A stretch of 50,649 nucleotides of DNA from a virus (lineage: Duplodnaviria > Caudoviricetes): IMG/VR virus record IMGVR_UViG_3300005534_000003, positions 1 to 50,649 of that record. The stretch is one strand, 5' to 3'. Position numbers and translations under genes: made by a program. Under the pieces are notes generated by a model. That model was not told where the DNA came from and searched no databases. It worked only from the letters and a program-made list of their open reading frames with translations. Below, piece by piece: positions 26,363 to 35,671 of the stretch (position 1 is the first letter of the stretch; every line of letters starts with the position of its first letter).

Positions 26363-28177
26363 GTGGTCGTTGACTTCGAGACCTTCTATGATCGGAAGAG
26401 TGGCTACGACTTGAAGGCGATGAGCAACACAGAGTACGTGCGGGACAGCCGATTTTGGCCGCATGGCGTCGCTTATCGTTTCTTGGACGAAGACAAGACG
26501 CATTGGGTGACCAATCAGGATGGTTTCCCTGCGATGGTAGCATGGATCAACTCCGTGGATTGGAAGAATACTGTTGTGGTGGCGCATAATGCCCGCTTCG
26601 ACGGTTCCATCTTGGCGTGGCGATTCAATGTCAAGCCCTTTGCATGGTTGGATACTGTAGGGCTCGCTAAGGCGGTTTTAGGGGAGAATGTGTCGGGATA
26701 CTCCCTCAAACGCTTGGCTGAGTATCTTGGCTTGCCCGCCAAAGGGGACATATCGTGCGAGGGGGTCCGAGAGCCCTCGGCGGAGCAACTGGCGGCTCTA
26801 GGCGAGTATTGTAAGAACGACGTGGACTTGTGCAAGGGGATATATGAAAAGCTTATTTCGCAGTTTCCGGCAAGTCAACTCGGAGCTATCGACTGGACTA
26901 TCCGTGCTTTTGTCGAACCGGTACTTGTTCTTGACGCCGCAGTTCTGGAAAAAGGAGTGCAAAATGAAAAAGCGAGACGCGAGGAAGCCATCAAGAAAAG
27001 CGGGGTGGATAAGGCCATCCTCTCTAGTAATCAACAATTCGCGGCGCATCTTGCCGCGCAAGGGATACCAGTCCCCACAAAGCTTTCGAGCCGGACTGGT
27101 AAGCAGATTCCTGCGTTCGCCAGAACTGACGAGGGCCTTGCAAGACTCGCCATCGAAAACCCCGTCCTCCACGCCGCCCGCATCGCAAGCAAGTCGAACC
27201 TTCTTGAGACCAGGGGAGAGAGTCTTCTATCGGTGGCTAAGACTGGGACCTTCCCTTTTGATGTGGGCTTTTCGGGAGCGGTGCAAACACATCGTTACTC
27301 AGGTGGCTCCGGTGCCGGTGGAAATCCTCAGAACTTTACGCGCCAAAGCTTCCTACGAGACGCGATTTGCGCTCCTCGTGGACACTCTTTGGTTGTGGGC
27401 GACTTTGCCGCGATTGAATTACGACTCCTCGCATGGTTAGCCAAAGAACCCAAGCTTATGGGCAAAATCATAAACAACGAAGACATCTACTGTGACTTTG
27501 CTTCACTTAAATATGGACGCCGCATTACAAAATCAGACAAGATCGAACGCCAGTTCGGTAAATGTTCTATACTCGGGCTTGGGTATAACATGGGCTCCAA
27601 GAAATTCAGGTTTACAGTAAAGACGCAGACCGGCATGGACATAAGCGAGGAGGAAGCATGGAAGACAGTGAGCCTTTATCGGGATACATACTTCAATGTC
27701 CCGAAACTATGGGAGCAGACACATGCGCTTTTACCTTTAATCGCGACCGGCAGAGTTGGGTGTATCTGGTTTGCACCGTTCATCAAAGTTCGCCGAAACG
27801 CACTTATTTTGCCTTCAGGGTTGGAGATCAAGTACCCCAATTTGAGATTGGAGAATGACGAATGGGTCTACGATGTGTACCACAAGGTCTACGTCGCCGA
27901 GCCCACGAAGCTCTACGGCGGCAAAATCATCGAGAACATATGCCAGGCACTCGCCGGAGAGCTTTGCAAGGAGGCCATAACCCAGGCCGAAGCGGGCGGC
28001 CTCCGTTGCGTCGGCCAAGTGCACGATGAAATTCTCGCGGTCTGTGACGAGCGATACGACAGCGAAGCGGCAGGTCTGCTTAAAAGTTGCATGGAACGGT
28101 CACCTAAGTGGATGCCAACACTACGACTCAAAGCGGAGGTAGGATATGGCACGAATTGGAATGACGCAAAAGTTTAA
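26363..28177 (+). CDS. polA: Family A DNA polymerase with 3'-5' exonuclease (true start probably slightly upstream)
   Basis: ExoI DFET, ExoII AHNARFD, ExoIII YCKND; motif A DFAAIELR, motif B RQFGKCSILGLGY, motif C VHDE. Confidence 0.93.
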   Translation: MVVDFETFYDRKSGYDLKAMSNTEYVRDSRFWPHGVAYRFLDEDKTHWVTNQDGFPAMVAWINSVDWKNTVVVAHNARFDGSILAWRFNVKPFAWLDTVGLAKAVLGENVSGYSLKRLAEYLGLPAKGDISCEGVREPSAEQLAALGEYCKNDVDLCKGIYEKLISQFPASQLGAIDWTIRAFVEPVLVLDAAVLEKGVQNEKARREEAIKKSGVDKAILSSNQQFAAHLAAQGIPVPTKLSSRTGKQIPAFARTDEGLARLAIENPVLHAARIASKSNLLETRGESLLSVAKTGTFPFDVGFSGAVQTHRYSGGSGAGGNPQNFTRQSFLRDAICAPRGHSLVVGDFAAIELRLLAWLAKEPKLMGKIINNEDIYCDFASLKYGRRITKSDKIERQFGKCSILGLGYNMGSKKFRFTVKTQTGMDISEEEAWKTVSLYRDTYFNVPKLWEQTHALLPLIATGRVGCIWFAPFIKVRRNALILPSGLEIKYPNLRLENDEWVYDVYHKVYVAEPTKLYGGKIIENICQALAGELCKEAITQAEAGGLRCVGQVHDEILAVCDERYDSEAAGLLKSCMERSPKWMPTLRLKAEVGYGTNWNDAKV

Positions 28178-28548
28178 TCCTAGGACAAAGCAGTCATTGA
28201 ATGGCGAACTTGGCCTTATCATCGGAGAGATGGGTCGAGCTATGTGGAATGCAGATAGAAAATATATTGCTGAACAACCAGCATGTTCGCATGAAAGTTG
28301 GATTCGTTTTACTCCCGCAATGTGGGCAGTATGGAATAAATACGTGGAATTTTGCTGGAGGAATCCCAATGCTTAAGAGAATTGGTAGAGCTGTTTATCG
28401 TCGGGGAAAGCTTCACTTTGACGAGGTAGGATGGTCCATGATAAAAGATGTCGCCAAACGAACACATAAGTCGCCACGATGCGTCGTCATTGCCGCACTT
28501 ATGCGTTATGCAAAGTTGTATAATAATGGCAACAAAAGGATATTATAG

Positions 28549-28854
28549 ATGAAAAAGGCTAAGACACTTGAAATGAAACTCCGTTCAGCGATTCGTTTGA
28601 TTTGGTCACGGAGTGCAGAACGACGAGCCATTATAAAAGCCGCTACAACAGAAGATGGTTTATTTGTTTGTCCAATATGTGCACGCGAAATGTATATTCA
28701 AATGGCTGAAGTTGACCACGAACCTCCACTTGGAACATTCAATGACTGGCGCGACATCAAAAGTTTCATCGAGCGCATGTTTTTTGGACCGCAACGCGCT
28801 ATTTGCAAACTTTGTCATAAGCGTAAAACGGCAGAACAACGGAGGAAAAGATGA
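28549..28854 (+). CDS. HNH-like nuclease
   Basis: CPIC...EVDH...ICKLCHKRKT. Confidence 0.75.
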   Translation: MKKAKTLEMKLRSAIRLIWSRSAERRAIIKAATTEDGLFVCPICAREMYIQMAEVDHEPPLGTFNDWRDIKSFIERMFFGPQRAICKLCHKRKTAEQRRKR

Positions 28855-29147
28855 TTATATTTGAGCTAAATACCGATAGTGGATTTACGCGAAATGTTAT
28901 TTGGCTTGGAAGCACTATTTTAACAGATAATGATAAGTATGAGCAAGATGGAATATATGAACAACTTACCGCGCACGAGATTTTCCTCGATGAATAGACC
29001 GTCGGAGCTTGACATAGCCCAAATGAAGTTCGAGCTACGCCAGATGTACAAGCATCTTGGCTTCGAGGGATCAATTCAGGTCCTTTATGAGTTCATGGTA
29101 AGCGCACATCTGCTCGCGGAAGTCATACAGGAAGAAAGGAGCAAGGA

Positions 29148-29435
29148 ATGACCAAAGCACAGACAAAGACACGCGTATGGACGATCACTTGTCCACAATG
29201 CAAAGTAGAATTCTTTAGCCGTGCCCGCCATGACTATAGACTATGCGGATGTCCCGCTCAGACTATGGTGAATGGTGGCTTTAGCGGTTACGTGCGGTAC
29301 GGAGGACAAGATGTCACTCTTCTCAAAGCGTCCTTCCGCTACCGCTTCGTCAAAGCATCAAAGCAGGAATTATATGACGATTGGAACAGAATGCAAAATA
29401 GATTCGGCGTTATAAGCAAAAAGGGAGCCAAATAA
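29148..29435 (+). CDS. Small zinc-binding phage protein
   Basis: CPQC...SRARHDYRLCGC...VNGG..YVRYG. Confidence 0.7.
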   Translation: MTKAQTKTRVWTITCPQCKVEFFSRARHDYRLCGCPAQTMVNGGFSGYVRYGGQDVTLLKASFRYRFVKASKQELYDDWNRMQNRFGVISKKGAK

Positions 29436-30190
29436 TGGCAAATCTTCGAGTGCTGGTATTCGACATAGAAACAGCCCCTATGACGGCCTACATTTGGGCG
29501 TTAAAGGACCAATATGTTGATGTCAAGCAATTGAAAACCGACTGGTATGTCTTAGCATGGGGCGCAAAGTGGCTCGGTGATCCGCCGTCGAAGGTTATCT
29601 ATCGAGATCAGCGAAATGCTGCGAAAATAGAGAATGACAAGCCTTTGCTTCTTGAGCTTTGGAAGTTATTGGATGAGGCTGACGTTGTTATCACACAAAA
29701 TGGCGAGAAGTTTGATAGTCCTCGCCTCAATGCTCGTTTCATGTTGCACGGGATGAAGCCCCCACGTCCTTATAGGCACATAGATACGTTTAGGCTCGTC
29801 AAAAAGGTCGCTGCCTTTACTTCCAATGGCCTTGAGTATTTGACGAAGAAATTCTGTGTTAAATATAAGAAGTTATCGCACAAGAAGTTTCCTGGTTTGT
29901 CATTGTGGACGGAATGTATTGCGGGAAATAAGCGAGCTTGGGAGGAAATGAAACGTTACAATATCCATGACGTTCTTTCCACTGAAGAATTCTACATGAA
30001 GATACGGGCATGGGCTCCTGAGTCTATGCCTACGCCTTTCCTTGCAGAAAAGGTTTCTATCTTGTGCAAAACCTGCGGTGACAAGGGACATATGACTAAG
30101 CAGGGCTTTTCTGTGAAAAATAAGTTCAAGTATCAACAATGGCAATGCCAAACTTGTGGCAAGTGGGCCACGGGTGATAGAATTAAATGA
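29435..30190 (+). CDS. DEDD / RNase H-like exonuclease with C-terminal zinc ribbon
   Basis: FDIET, NGEKFD, HIDT, YNIHDV; CKTC...CQTCG. Confidence 0.85.
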   Translation: MANLRVLVFDIETAPMTAYIWALKDQYVDVKQLKTDWYVLAWGAKWLGDPPSKVIYRDQRNAAKIENDKPLLLELWKLLDEADVVITQNGEKFDSPRLNARFMLHGMKPPRPYRHIDTFRLVKKVAAFTSNGLEYLTKKFCVKYKKLSHKKFPGLSLWTECIAGNKRAWEEMKRYNIHDVLSTEEFYMKIRAWAPESMPTPFLAEKVSILCKTCGDKGHMTKQGFSVKNKFKYQQWQCQTCGKWATGDRIK

Positions 30191-30466
30191 GTGTCTACGA
30201 GATCATTACGACCCTCACAGAATTATATATTGCCGGTATCTTGACGGCGGAGTATTTTTGGGGTCGCTCGGATACTGACATGAAAAATGAAGCCAAAAGA
30301 AAGAGAAAGTTTCGAGAGAAGCACAACTTCGAGCGATTGACAACGGGGGAAGGAAAATGAGCGATAACATCATTATGTTAGGAGTAGTTATTATATACGC
30401 GGGCATCGCGGGTATTGGGACAGCACTCGTGTGGCTTTGTATTTGGTTGATGTTTTAGGAGGGACT

Positions 30467-30676
30467 ATGGTGCAAGAAGGTTTCCTCACAAATATTCGTA
30501 CCGCTGAGTTATTTTTTCGTGTTTGCCGACGATATCATATCGAGGCGGAAAAAGATCGCATTTTGCTATTGCGAGAATTGACAAAGCGACATAAAGCAAA
30601 GTATGTACGAGACGTGAGTCCATTGTTGTCCGGCAAGAAAGTCCTGAAAATAGGATTTAAGCCAAAGGAGAAGTAA
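30467..30676 (+). CDS. Hypothetical basic protein
   Basis: AGGAGG RBS before MVQEGFL. Confidence 0.55.
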   Translation: MVQEGFLTNIRTAELFFRVCRRYHIEAEKDRILLLRELTKRHKAKYVRDVSPLLSGKKVLKIGFKPKEK

Positions 30677-31408
30677 ATGAAACGAACCATTAGAACGTGC
30701 GCCATTCTCATCCTGCTTGGCCTTGGAATCTACGGATACAAGAAAAATCGTATACCGGAAATCAGAGCTAAAATGCCTACCACGCGTTATCACGGCTATG
30801 AAATAAACCGCGCGGCCATCGCTAGAACCAAGGCTTTCACTGTCCTTATAAGCAATGAGGGCATTGGTGGTGTTGGTCGTGGTACCGGCATCCTCATTGA
30901 CGCTACGCATGTTCTCACATGCGCTCATATGGTACGAAGTCCGCAGGATGACTTGTGGATTTTCCCCTTTCCTGTAGGTGTCGTGGCTAAAGGAAAACCT
31001 GTATTCGTCGGTAAGTCGGTGGACCTTGCCATCCTTGAACTTGACAAATCCATTGATCTGGAACATTATGCGACATTTCAAGAGGAGCACTATGATGGGG
31101 AACCCATAACGATCATCGGTAACACAAAAGGCTTGATGATGTGGTTTGTGAGTTTCGGTATCATTAGCGGCAGCCAAGAAAACTACTTGCTAACCGATGG
31201 TACACTTTACGGTGGCAATAGTGGAGGCCCGTGGATCAACGAGAAAGGCGAAGTGTTGGCTTTGACCGATTGGACGCTTGTTTACAATGGGGTTGAGAGC
31301 GGCATTCATGGTGGTGTGTCGGCTAAGACAATCAATGAGTTTCTAGGCGTATGGAAGAATCCAATGGTGGGGATGTTGTTGAAAATTCTTAGTGGAGGTG
31401 GCAAGTGA
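30677..31408 (+). CDS. Trypsin-like (S1) serine protease with N-terminal anchor
   Basis: Catalytic triad LTCAH, DLAIL, GNSGGP; hydrophobic N-terminus. Confidence 0.9.
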   Translation: MKRTIRTCAILILLGLGIYGYKKNRIPEIRAKMPTTRYHGYEINRAAIARTKAFTVLISNEGIGGVGRGTGILIDATHVLTCAHMVRSPQDDLWIFPFPVGVVAKGKPVFVGKSVDLAILELDKSIDLEHYATFQEEHYDGEPITIIGNTKGLMMWFVSFGIISGSQENYLLTDGTLYGGNSGGPWINEKGEVLALTDWTLVYNGVESGIHGGVSAKTINEFLGVWKNPMVGMLLKILSGGGK

Positions 31409-31596
31409 GACGATTCATTAGTTTGGGCTTGTTGCTTTCCTTGATTCTCTTCCCTCTTTTCGCATATACCTACATAAAGGGATGCCAAGATGGCGTAGCA
31501 CGGTACAAAAGAAGCAAGAACTTCATGCTCACGCTCTATAGTATGTATAGATATGGTTTAAATGATGGTTGTACCGATAAGGCCCTTTGCAAATGA
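31405..31596 (+). CDS. Small membrane protein
   Basis: N-terminal TM helix; GGAGG RBS. Confidence 0.55.
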   Translation: MRRFISLGLLLSLILFPLFAYTYIKGCQDGVARYKRSKNFMLTLYSMYRYGLNDGCTDKALCK

Positions 31597-31748
31597 ACGA
31601 TTGGTTCATTTGCGAGGATTGCGGTGGCTCGGGCTGTACGAATAGGGGCTTAATTTTGGATGTGTGCCGAAATTGTGGTGGAATGGGACGGCGACAGAGG
31701 AGAACTCTCGATGAAAAAAGCAATAATGTGGATAGTCAACTATCTTAA
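31593..31748 (+). CDS. DnaJ-type zinc-finger microprotein (51 aa)
   Basis: Hand translation gives CEDCGGSG...CRNCGGMG. Confidence 0.55.
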   Translation: MNDWFICEDCGGSGCTNRGLILDVCRNCGGMGRRQRRTLDEKSNNVDSQLS

Positions 31749-32955
31749 AGTCGGATTGGCGTGGTTGTTGGACTTCGTGAATTGGGCCTACGATCCCTTC
31801 AAGGAATTCACTCGGCCCGACGATATTAAATACGCCGAGAGATTGAACGAGAAGGAAGCCAAGTTCTCTATGGATATGGAGCGTTTTTGGTGGCCCGCTC
31901 GCAAGGTCTATCTCTACACTCTCCCAGGCAACTCCGGCGATCAATGCCTTCATCATGGCATCTATACCGCTATGACAGCCTGCAAGTATGCCGTTACGAA
32001 GGACGAGATTACTCTTAGCAAACTAAAGGATTGCGCTTTGGGGCTTAGGATGCACCAAGTGTCGGATTCTGGTGACGAGATTCGTCTCATTCGTGGCTGG
32101 CGTTCCGACGCGACGTACGAGGACAACGTTTCCAACGATCAAGCATCCGGCCATGTCCTGGGTATCTACTTCCTTTGGAAATATGGCGACATTTTGTCGC
32201 GAAATATGTCGCGAGGACTTATTGTCGGGTTAGCAAATGAATTGCTCGCTCACGATAATTGTTTCGTGAATGCCGATGAGACTCCGACACCATTCGGGAA
32301 ATTGGTGGATGGTTATCTAACAGACCCCCTTAACTTGACCCTTTGCTTGGTAATATACAAGTTGGCGCACGAGATGACGGATGATGTCCGCTATGAAGTG
32401 GCCTATAACGACATCTTGTCATTATACAAGCCGCTCATTCCCTATGCGAATCTCAAGCTCTGGTGGTGGAAGCAGGACTCCTGCGCCGTGCGAGCCGCCA
32501 TCCACTACACTATTCTTTGTGATTTGGAGAAAGATCATGACACACAACGAATGTATTTGAGGGGCCTTCTTCGCACATGGCGGATGGAACGAAAGACGGC
32601 CAATCCACTCGTCTACTTTCTCATGCGACGGATTTGCTTGTATGATCCAGCTTATGAGGACCGTATAAGGAGACATTTACGTGAAATGACGCTTGAAGAC
32701 AAAGGAAGCAACATTGAACGAATCAATTCTACTCGTGCGGGAGTAGAATCATTCAAGTGGGGAAATTACTTACGCTCGCGCCAACCACTCGCCTTATGGC
32801 GCATGGGTGCCCAGGATTCATTTTGGCTTCGTAATTTGTCGTCAGTAGACGATTGGGTAGGAAATAAAGTGCCCGATACGCAATACAACGGCGGAGATTT
32901 TTTAATTGCCTACTGGGGACTTCGATCCCTTGGAATTATTGGGAGTGCGGAATGA
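31711..32955 (+). CDS. Large helical protein, possibly an alpha/alpha-toroid hydrolase
   Basis: GAGGAG RBS before MKKAIMW; helical, aromatic-rich, GD...G and SNDQ..G motifs. Fold is inferred. Confidence 0.55.
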   Translation: MKKAIMWIVNYLKVGLAWLLDFVNWAYDPFKEFTRPDDIKYAERLNEKEAKFSMDMERFWWPARKVYLYTLPGNSGDQCLHHGIYTAMTACKYAVTKDEITLSKLKDCALGLRMHQVSDSGDEIRLIRGWRSDATYEDNVSNDQASGHVLGIYFLWKYGDILSRNMSRGLIVGLANELLAHDNCFVNADETPTPFGKLVDGYLTDPLNLTLCLVIYKLAHEMTDDVRYEVAYNDILSLYKPLIPYANLKLWWWKQDSCAVRAAIHYTILCDLEKDHDTQRMYLRGLLRTWRMERKTANPLVYFLMRRICLYDPAYEDRIRRHLREMTLEDKGSNIERINSTRAGVESFKWGNYLRSRQPLALWRMGAQDSFWLRNLSSVDDWVGNKVPDTQYNGGDFLIAYWGLRSLGIIGSAE

Positions 32956-33075
32956 ATTGCGAGGGGTGTGGATTGCCAGGAGAGGCATGCCACTGTTTGC
33001 AATTATGAAATTAGGTAAGTTAGTTGTTATGGTGGGAATATTTGTTTTATTGGCGTGGTTTTCTTTTTGGTTACA

Positions 33076-33615
33076 TCATTCTATAATTTCTATAAATTGG
33101 GGGCCGTTCTTTAAAGCGGATTGAATCAATGGAAACAAACGATCAAATGCCTCCCTCGATTCCTCTAATGTGTCTCCTGTGCGTTGATCCCCGAGAATTA
33201 TACAACCCTTACTATCTTGGAAAACATTCCCGCAATGTATTTCTATCTCACTTCTGTTCGGAACATCTTTTAGAATTGGTACAAGATGTCCTGCATGAGG
33301 TGAGTCATAGAGGTCTAGGCCATATTGTCCCGCTGGAATTGATAAAGCCCGATTCTCCAGCGTAAAACAAAAGCGTTCTCCCCTAAAGTCCATATCTCCA
33401 ACCAGACTGCTTGTCGTCGACATCGATAGGTTTCTTCGTACTCTTAGGAGCGGGCTTGTCGCACTCGTGGATGTCAAGATTGAAGCTGCAACGTTCTCGG
33501 GGGCACTTGGTGATGCGCCACCACTGTTTTGTTTTTGCATCGTGCTCGAAGATTGCAATAGGTTCAATAGAGAGGTTGCAACCTGGACAAATAATTGCCA
33601 TACACTTCCCTCCAT
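33076..33615 (-). CDS. DUF5675-family putative endolysin
   Basis: FCFTLE...IPAGQY...DVPNRSEIEIHCGN..DSKGCIILG...SREAF. Confidence 0.8.
   Translation of the reverse strand: MEGSVWQLFVQVATSLLNLLQSSSTMQKQNSGGASPSAPENVAASILTSTSATSPLLRVRRNLSMSTTSSLVGDMDFRGERFCFTLENRALSIPAGQYGLDLYDSPHAGHLVPILKDVPNRSEIEIHCGNVFQDSKGCIILGDQRTGDTLEESREAFDRLFPLIQSALKNGPQFIEIIE
33383..33601 (-). CDS. Zinc-ribbon ORF nested in the endolysin gene (alternate frame)
   Basis: Own GGAGGG RBS; CPGC-x24-CPRERC. Confidence 0.45.
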   Translation of the reverse strand: MAIICPGCNLSIEPIAIFEHDAKTKQWWRITKCPRERCSFNLDIHECDKPAPKSTKKPIDVDDKQSGWRYGL

Positions 33616-33617
33616 AT

Positions 33618-33794
33618 CTATTTCCCCCAGAGATGAACGTGCTTAATAGCTTCCACGAGAACTGGAGAGCCTAGCACGAACCAAATCATTTTTTTCAGCC
33701 ACTTCAGATCGCCGCGAATTTCGCCAGACTCGATTAAGTGATTTTCCACAGTTTTTTCAAGGCTTGTCAAACGCTTATCGAGGCTTGGCATCAT
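33618..33794 (-). CDS. XhlA-like holin candidate (58 aa)
   Basis: Hand translation MMPSLDKRLTSLEK...DLKWLKKMIWFVLGSPVLVEAI; AAGGAG RBS; directly before the endolysin. Confidence 0.65.
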   Translation of the reverse strand: MMPSLDKRLTSLEKTVENHLIESGEIRGDLKWLKKMIWFVLGSPVLVEAIKHVHLWGK

Positions 33795-35658
33795 AACTCT
33801 CCTTCTTTGTTTTTATAAATGCCTGGAGTTGATCTTTCATGTCGGTGTTAAATTGTCCATCACCTTTCTTGGCCACCACTCCACCTTCTGCCATTTTGGC
33901 AGGATTATTGGCCGGTTGATTTGGTAGACTGTTGGATGATTCTTTAGACACTGGATTATCGGACATTTTCTGTTTTGCCGCTGCGTAGGATGGATCGCGC
34001 TGACTCAACACGAAGTCTGTGATAGCTTGAGACTTTTGCGCTTCACCCGCATTTGTGGCAGTGGCCGCATTCTTTTGAAATGTTGCTTTCCAAGGAGCCA
34101 TCGCCGGATGGTTTACATCTAAACTCGTAGGACTAGTAGGAGTAGATGTAGAAGGTTCAGAATGAACTGGTTTCGTTTCACCCATATTCTGGTGGATAGG
34201 GCCGGTGGCAAGTTGTGCTCCAGCGATAGGTAATGCCCCGGCAATTCCTGGAACTGCTCCCGCCGCTTTTGTTGCAAGGCTTGACATTGCACGAGGATTT
34301 TGTAATGTTGCAGTGGCCGCTCCGATAGCCCAAAGAGGATGGCCCGCGCCTAGAAGACCCATAGAGGTGAGGGCATTGATAGCGGGCTTATCTTGGCCTG
34401 GCATTTGTCCGACAAGCTTTCCGATCATACCAAAGCCTTTGGCCGGAACATTCCCTGCACGTTCGCCGCCTAAAACATCTTTCAATCCATTAACAACGGG
34501 ATAGAGTTTAGAATAATCTGACATAGCGGTTTTTAAATCTTCGGGAAGATTAGGATTTGCCGCCGCTTTGTCAATGATGGTCTTTTGTCCTGCGCTAAGT
34601 TGGCTGTAGACATCCGCCGCTGCTGGATTTTTTACCGCACCATTTTCGAAGGCTGAATTGCCGTAAGATTTCTTTAATTGCTGTAATTGATCGAAGCTCA
34701 CGAAACTCCCTGGTTGCTCCGTGAGGATATCAGGAGCGATCCGTTCAGCCCCATTCCGATTGGCCATAGCTAAGATGTCCGCCGCACCGCGCTTATAAAA
34801 TAGAGCCGCCTTTCGTTCATCTGGATTGGCTAATTGGGAAGCTGCTTGATATTTCGCTTCGAGAGCATCTAGGAGTGGCTTTGTATCGGCGGTCAAGCCC
34901 AAATCTTTAGATTGTGCACCGATTTGCCCGATTTTCTGCCCGGCTTCTTCGTGCAAATTTTTAGCCGCATCAAACATCTCTTGTGTAGAAGCCCCTTCTC
35001 TCACAATACCTTTATCCATGAGCATTTTGCCGGTGTCAATGACCTCTTGTTGGCTCATATTGCCAAGCTCTTTGGACCCCATACCAACGCCCTGGGCCGC
35101 TTTTCGTGCGGCATATTCTTCGATGCCTGGGACGGCCTCTGTGGCCAATCCGGCAAGCTTTTGACCGACGGCTCCCCCTGCCGCGCCTAATCCTGCCCCT
35201 AAAGCCACGTCCCCTACCGCTTTGGCTCCTGAACCCCCGCCAGCAAGCGTATCTATAGCGTTTCCTGCCCCAAATCCGCCCCCAATTACCGCTCCTTGGC
35301 CTGCGGCACCCGCGAGGCTCTCTGGGACGCTAGAACCCCCCGTTACGAGCGCGGGAGCCACTATCCCAGCGGCTTGCCCTGCCACTCTGGCCACGGGATG
35401 ATTGGCCTTGTCGGCGGCCACTTCTTTTTCCAATTCTTGGCGTTCCTGCAAATAGGGTTTGTTTTCCGCCGCTCCGGCAATGGCAGAATAAGCTTGTTCC
35501 CCCAGGGGTATCATACTGGCCGCGCCGCGCCCAGCCGCGCCTAGGGCCGTCGTCTCGTCTACCGGTTCGTCCTGGCCCACGGCGGGGATGCCGCCGATGG
35601 CCGAGAAGTCTATCTTGCCCGTGTGGGCCGGTGTTCCGCCAATTTGTGAAAAGTCCAT
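33775..35658 (-). CDS. Internal virion / ejection protein
   Basis: Gly/Ala-rich hydrophobic helices, DFSxIGG N-terminal repeats and a C-terminal MAEGG; positional support. Confidence 0.7.
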   Translation of the reverse strand: MDFSQIGGTPAHTGKIDFSAIGGIPAVGQDEPVDETTALGAAGRGAASMIPLGEQAYSAIAGAAENKPYLQERQELEKEVAADKANHPVARVAGQAAGIVAPALVTGGSSVPESLAGAAGQGAVIGGGFGAGNAIDTLAGGGSGAKAVGDVALGAGLGAAGGAVGQKLAGLATEAVPGIEEYAARKAAQGVGMGSKELGNMSQQEVIDTGKMLMDKGIVREGASTQEMFDAAKNLHEEAGQKIGQIGAQSKDLGLTADTKPLLDALEAKYQAASQLANPDERKAALFYKRGAADILAMANRNGAERIAPDILTEQPGSFVSFDQLQQLKKSYGNSAFENGAVKNPAAADVYSQLSAGQKTIIDKAAANPNLPEDLKTAMSDYSKLYPVVNGLKDVLGGERAGNVPAKGFGMIGKLVGQMPGQDKPAINALTSMGLLGAGHPLWAIGAATATLQNPRAMSSLATKAAGAVPGIAGALPIAGAQLATGPIHQNMGETKPVHSEPSTSTPTSPTSLDVNHPAMAPWKATFQKNAATATNAGEAQKSQAITDFVLSQRDPSYAAAKQKMSDNPVSKESSNSLPNQPANNPAKMAEGGVVAKKGDGQFNTDMKDQLQAFIKTKKESYDAKPR

Positions 35659-35671
35659 TTTTAACCCCTAT

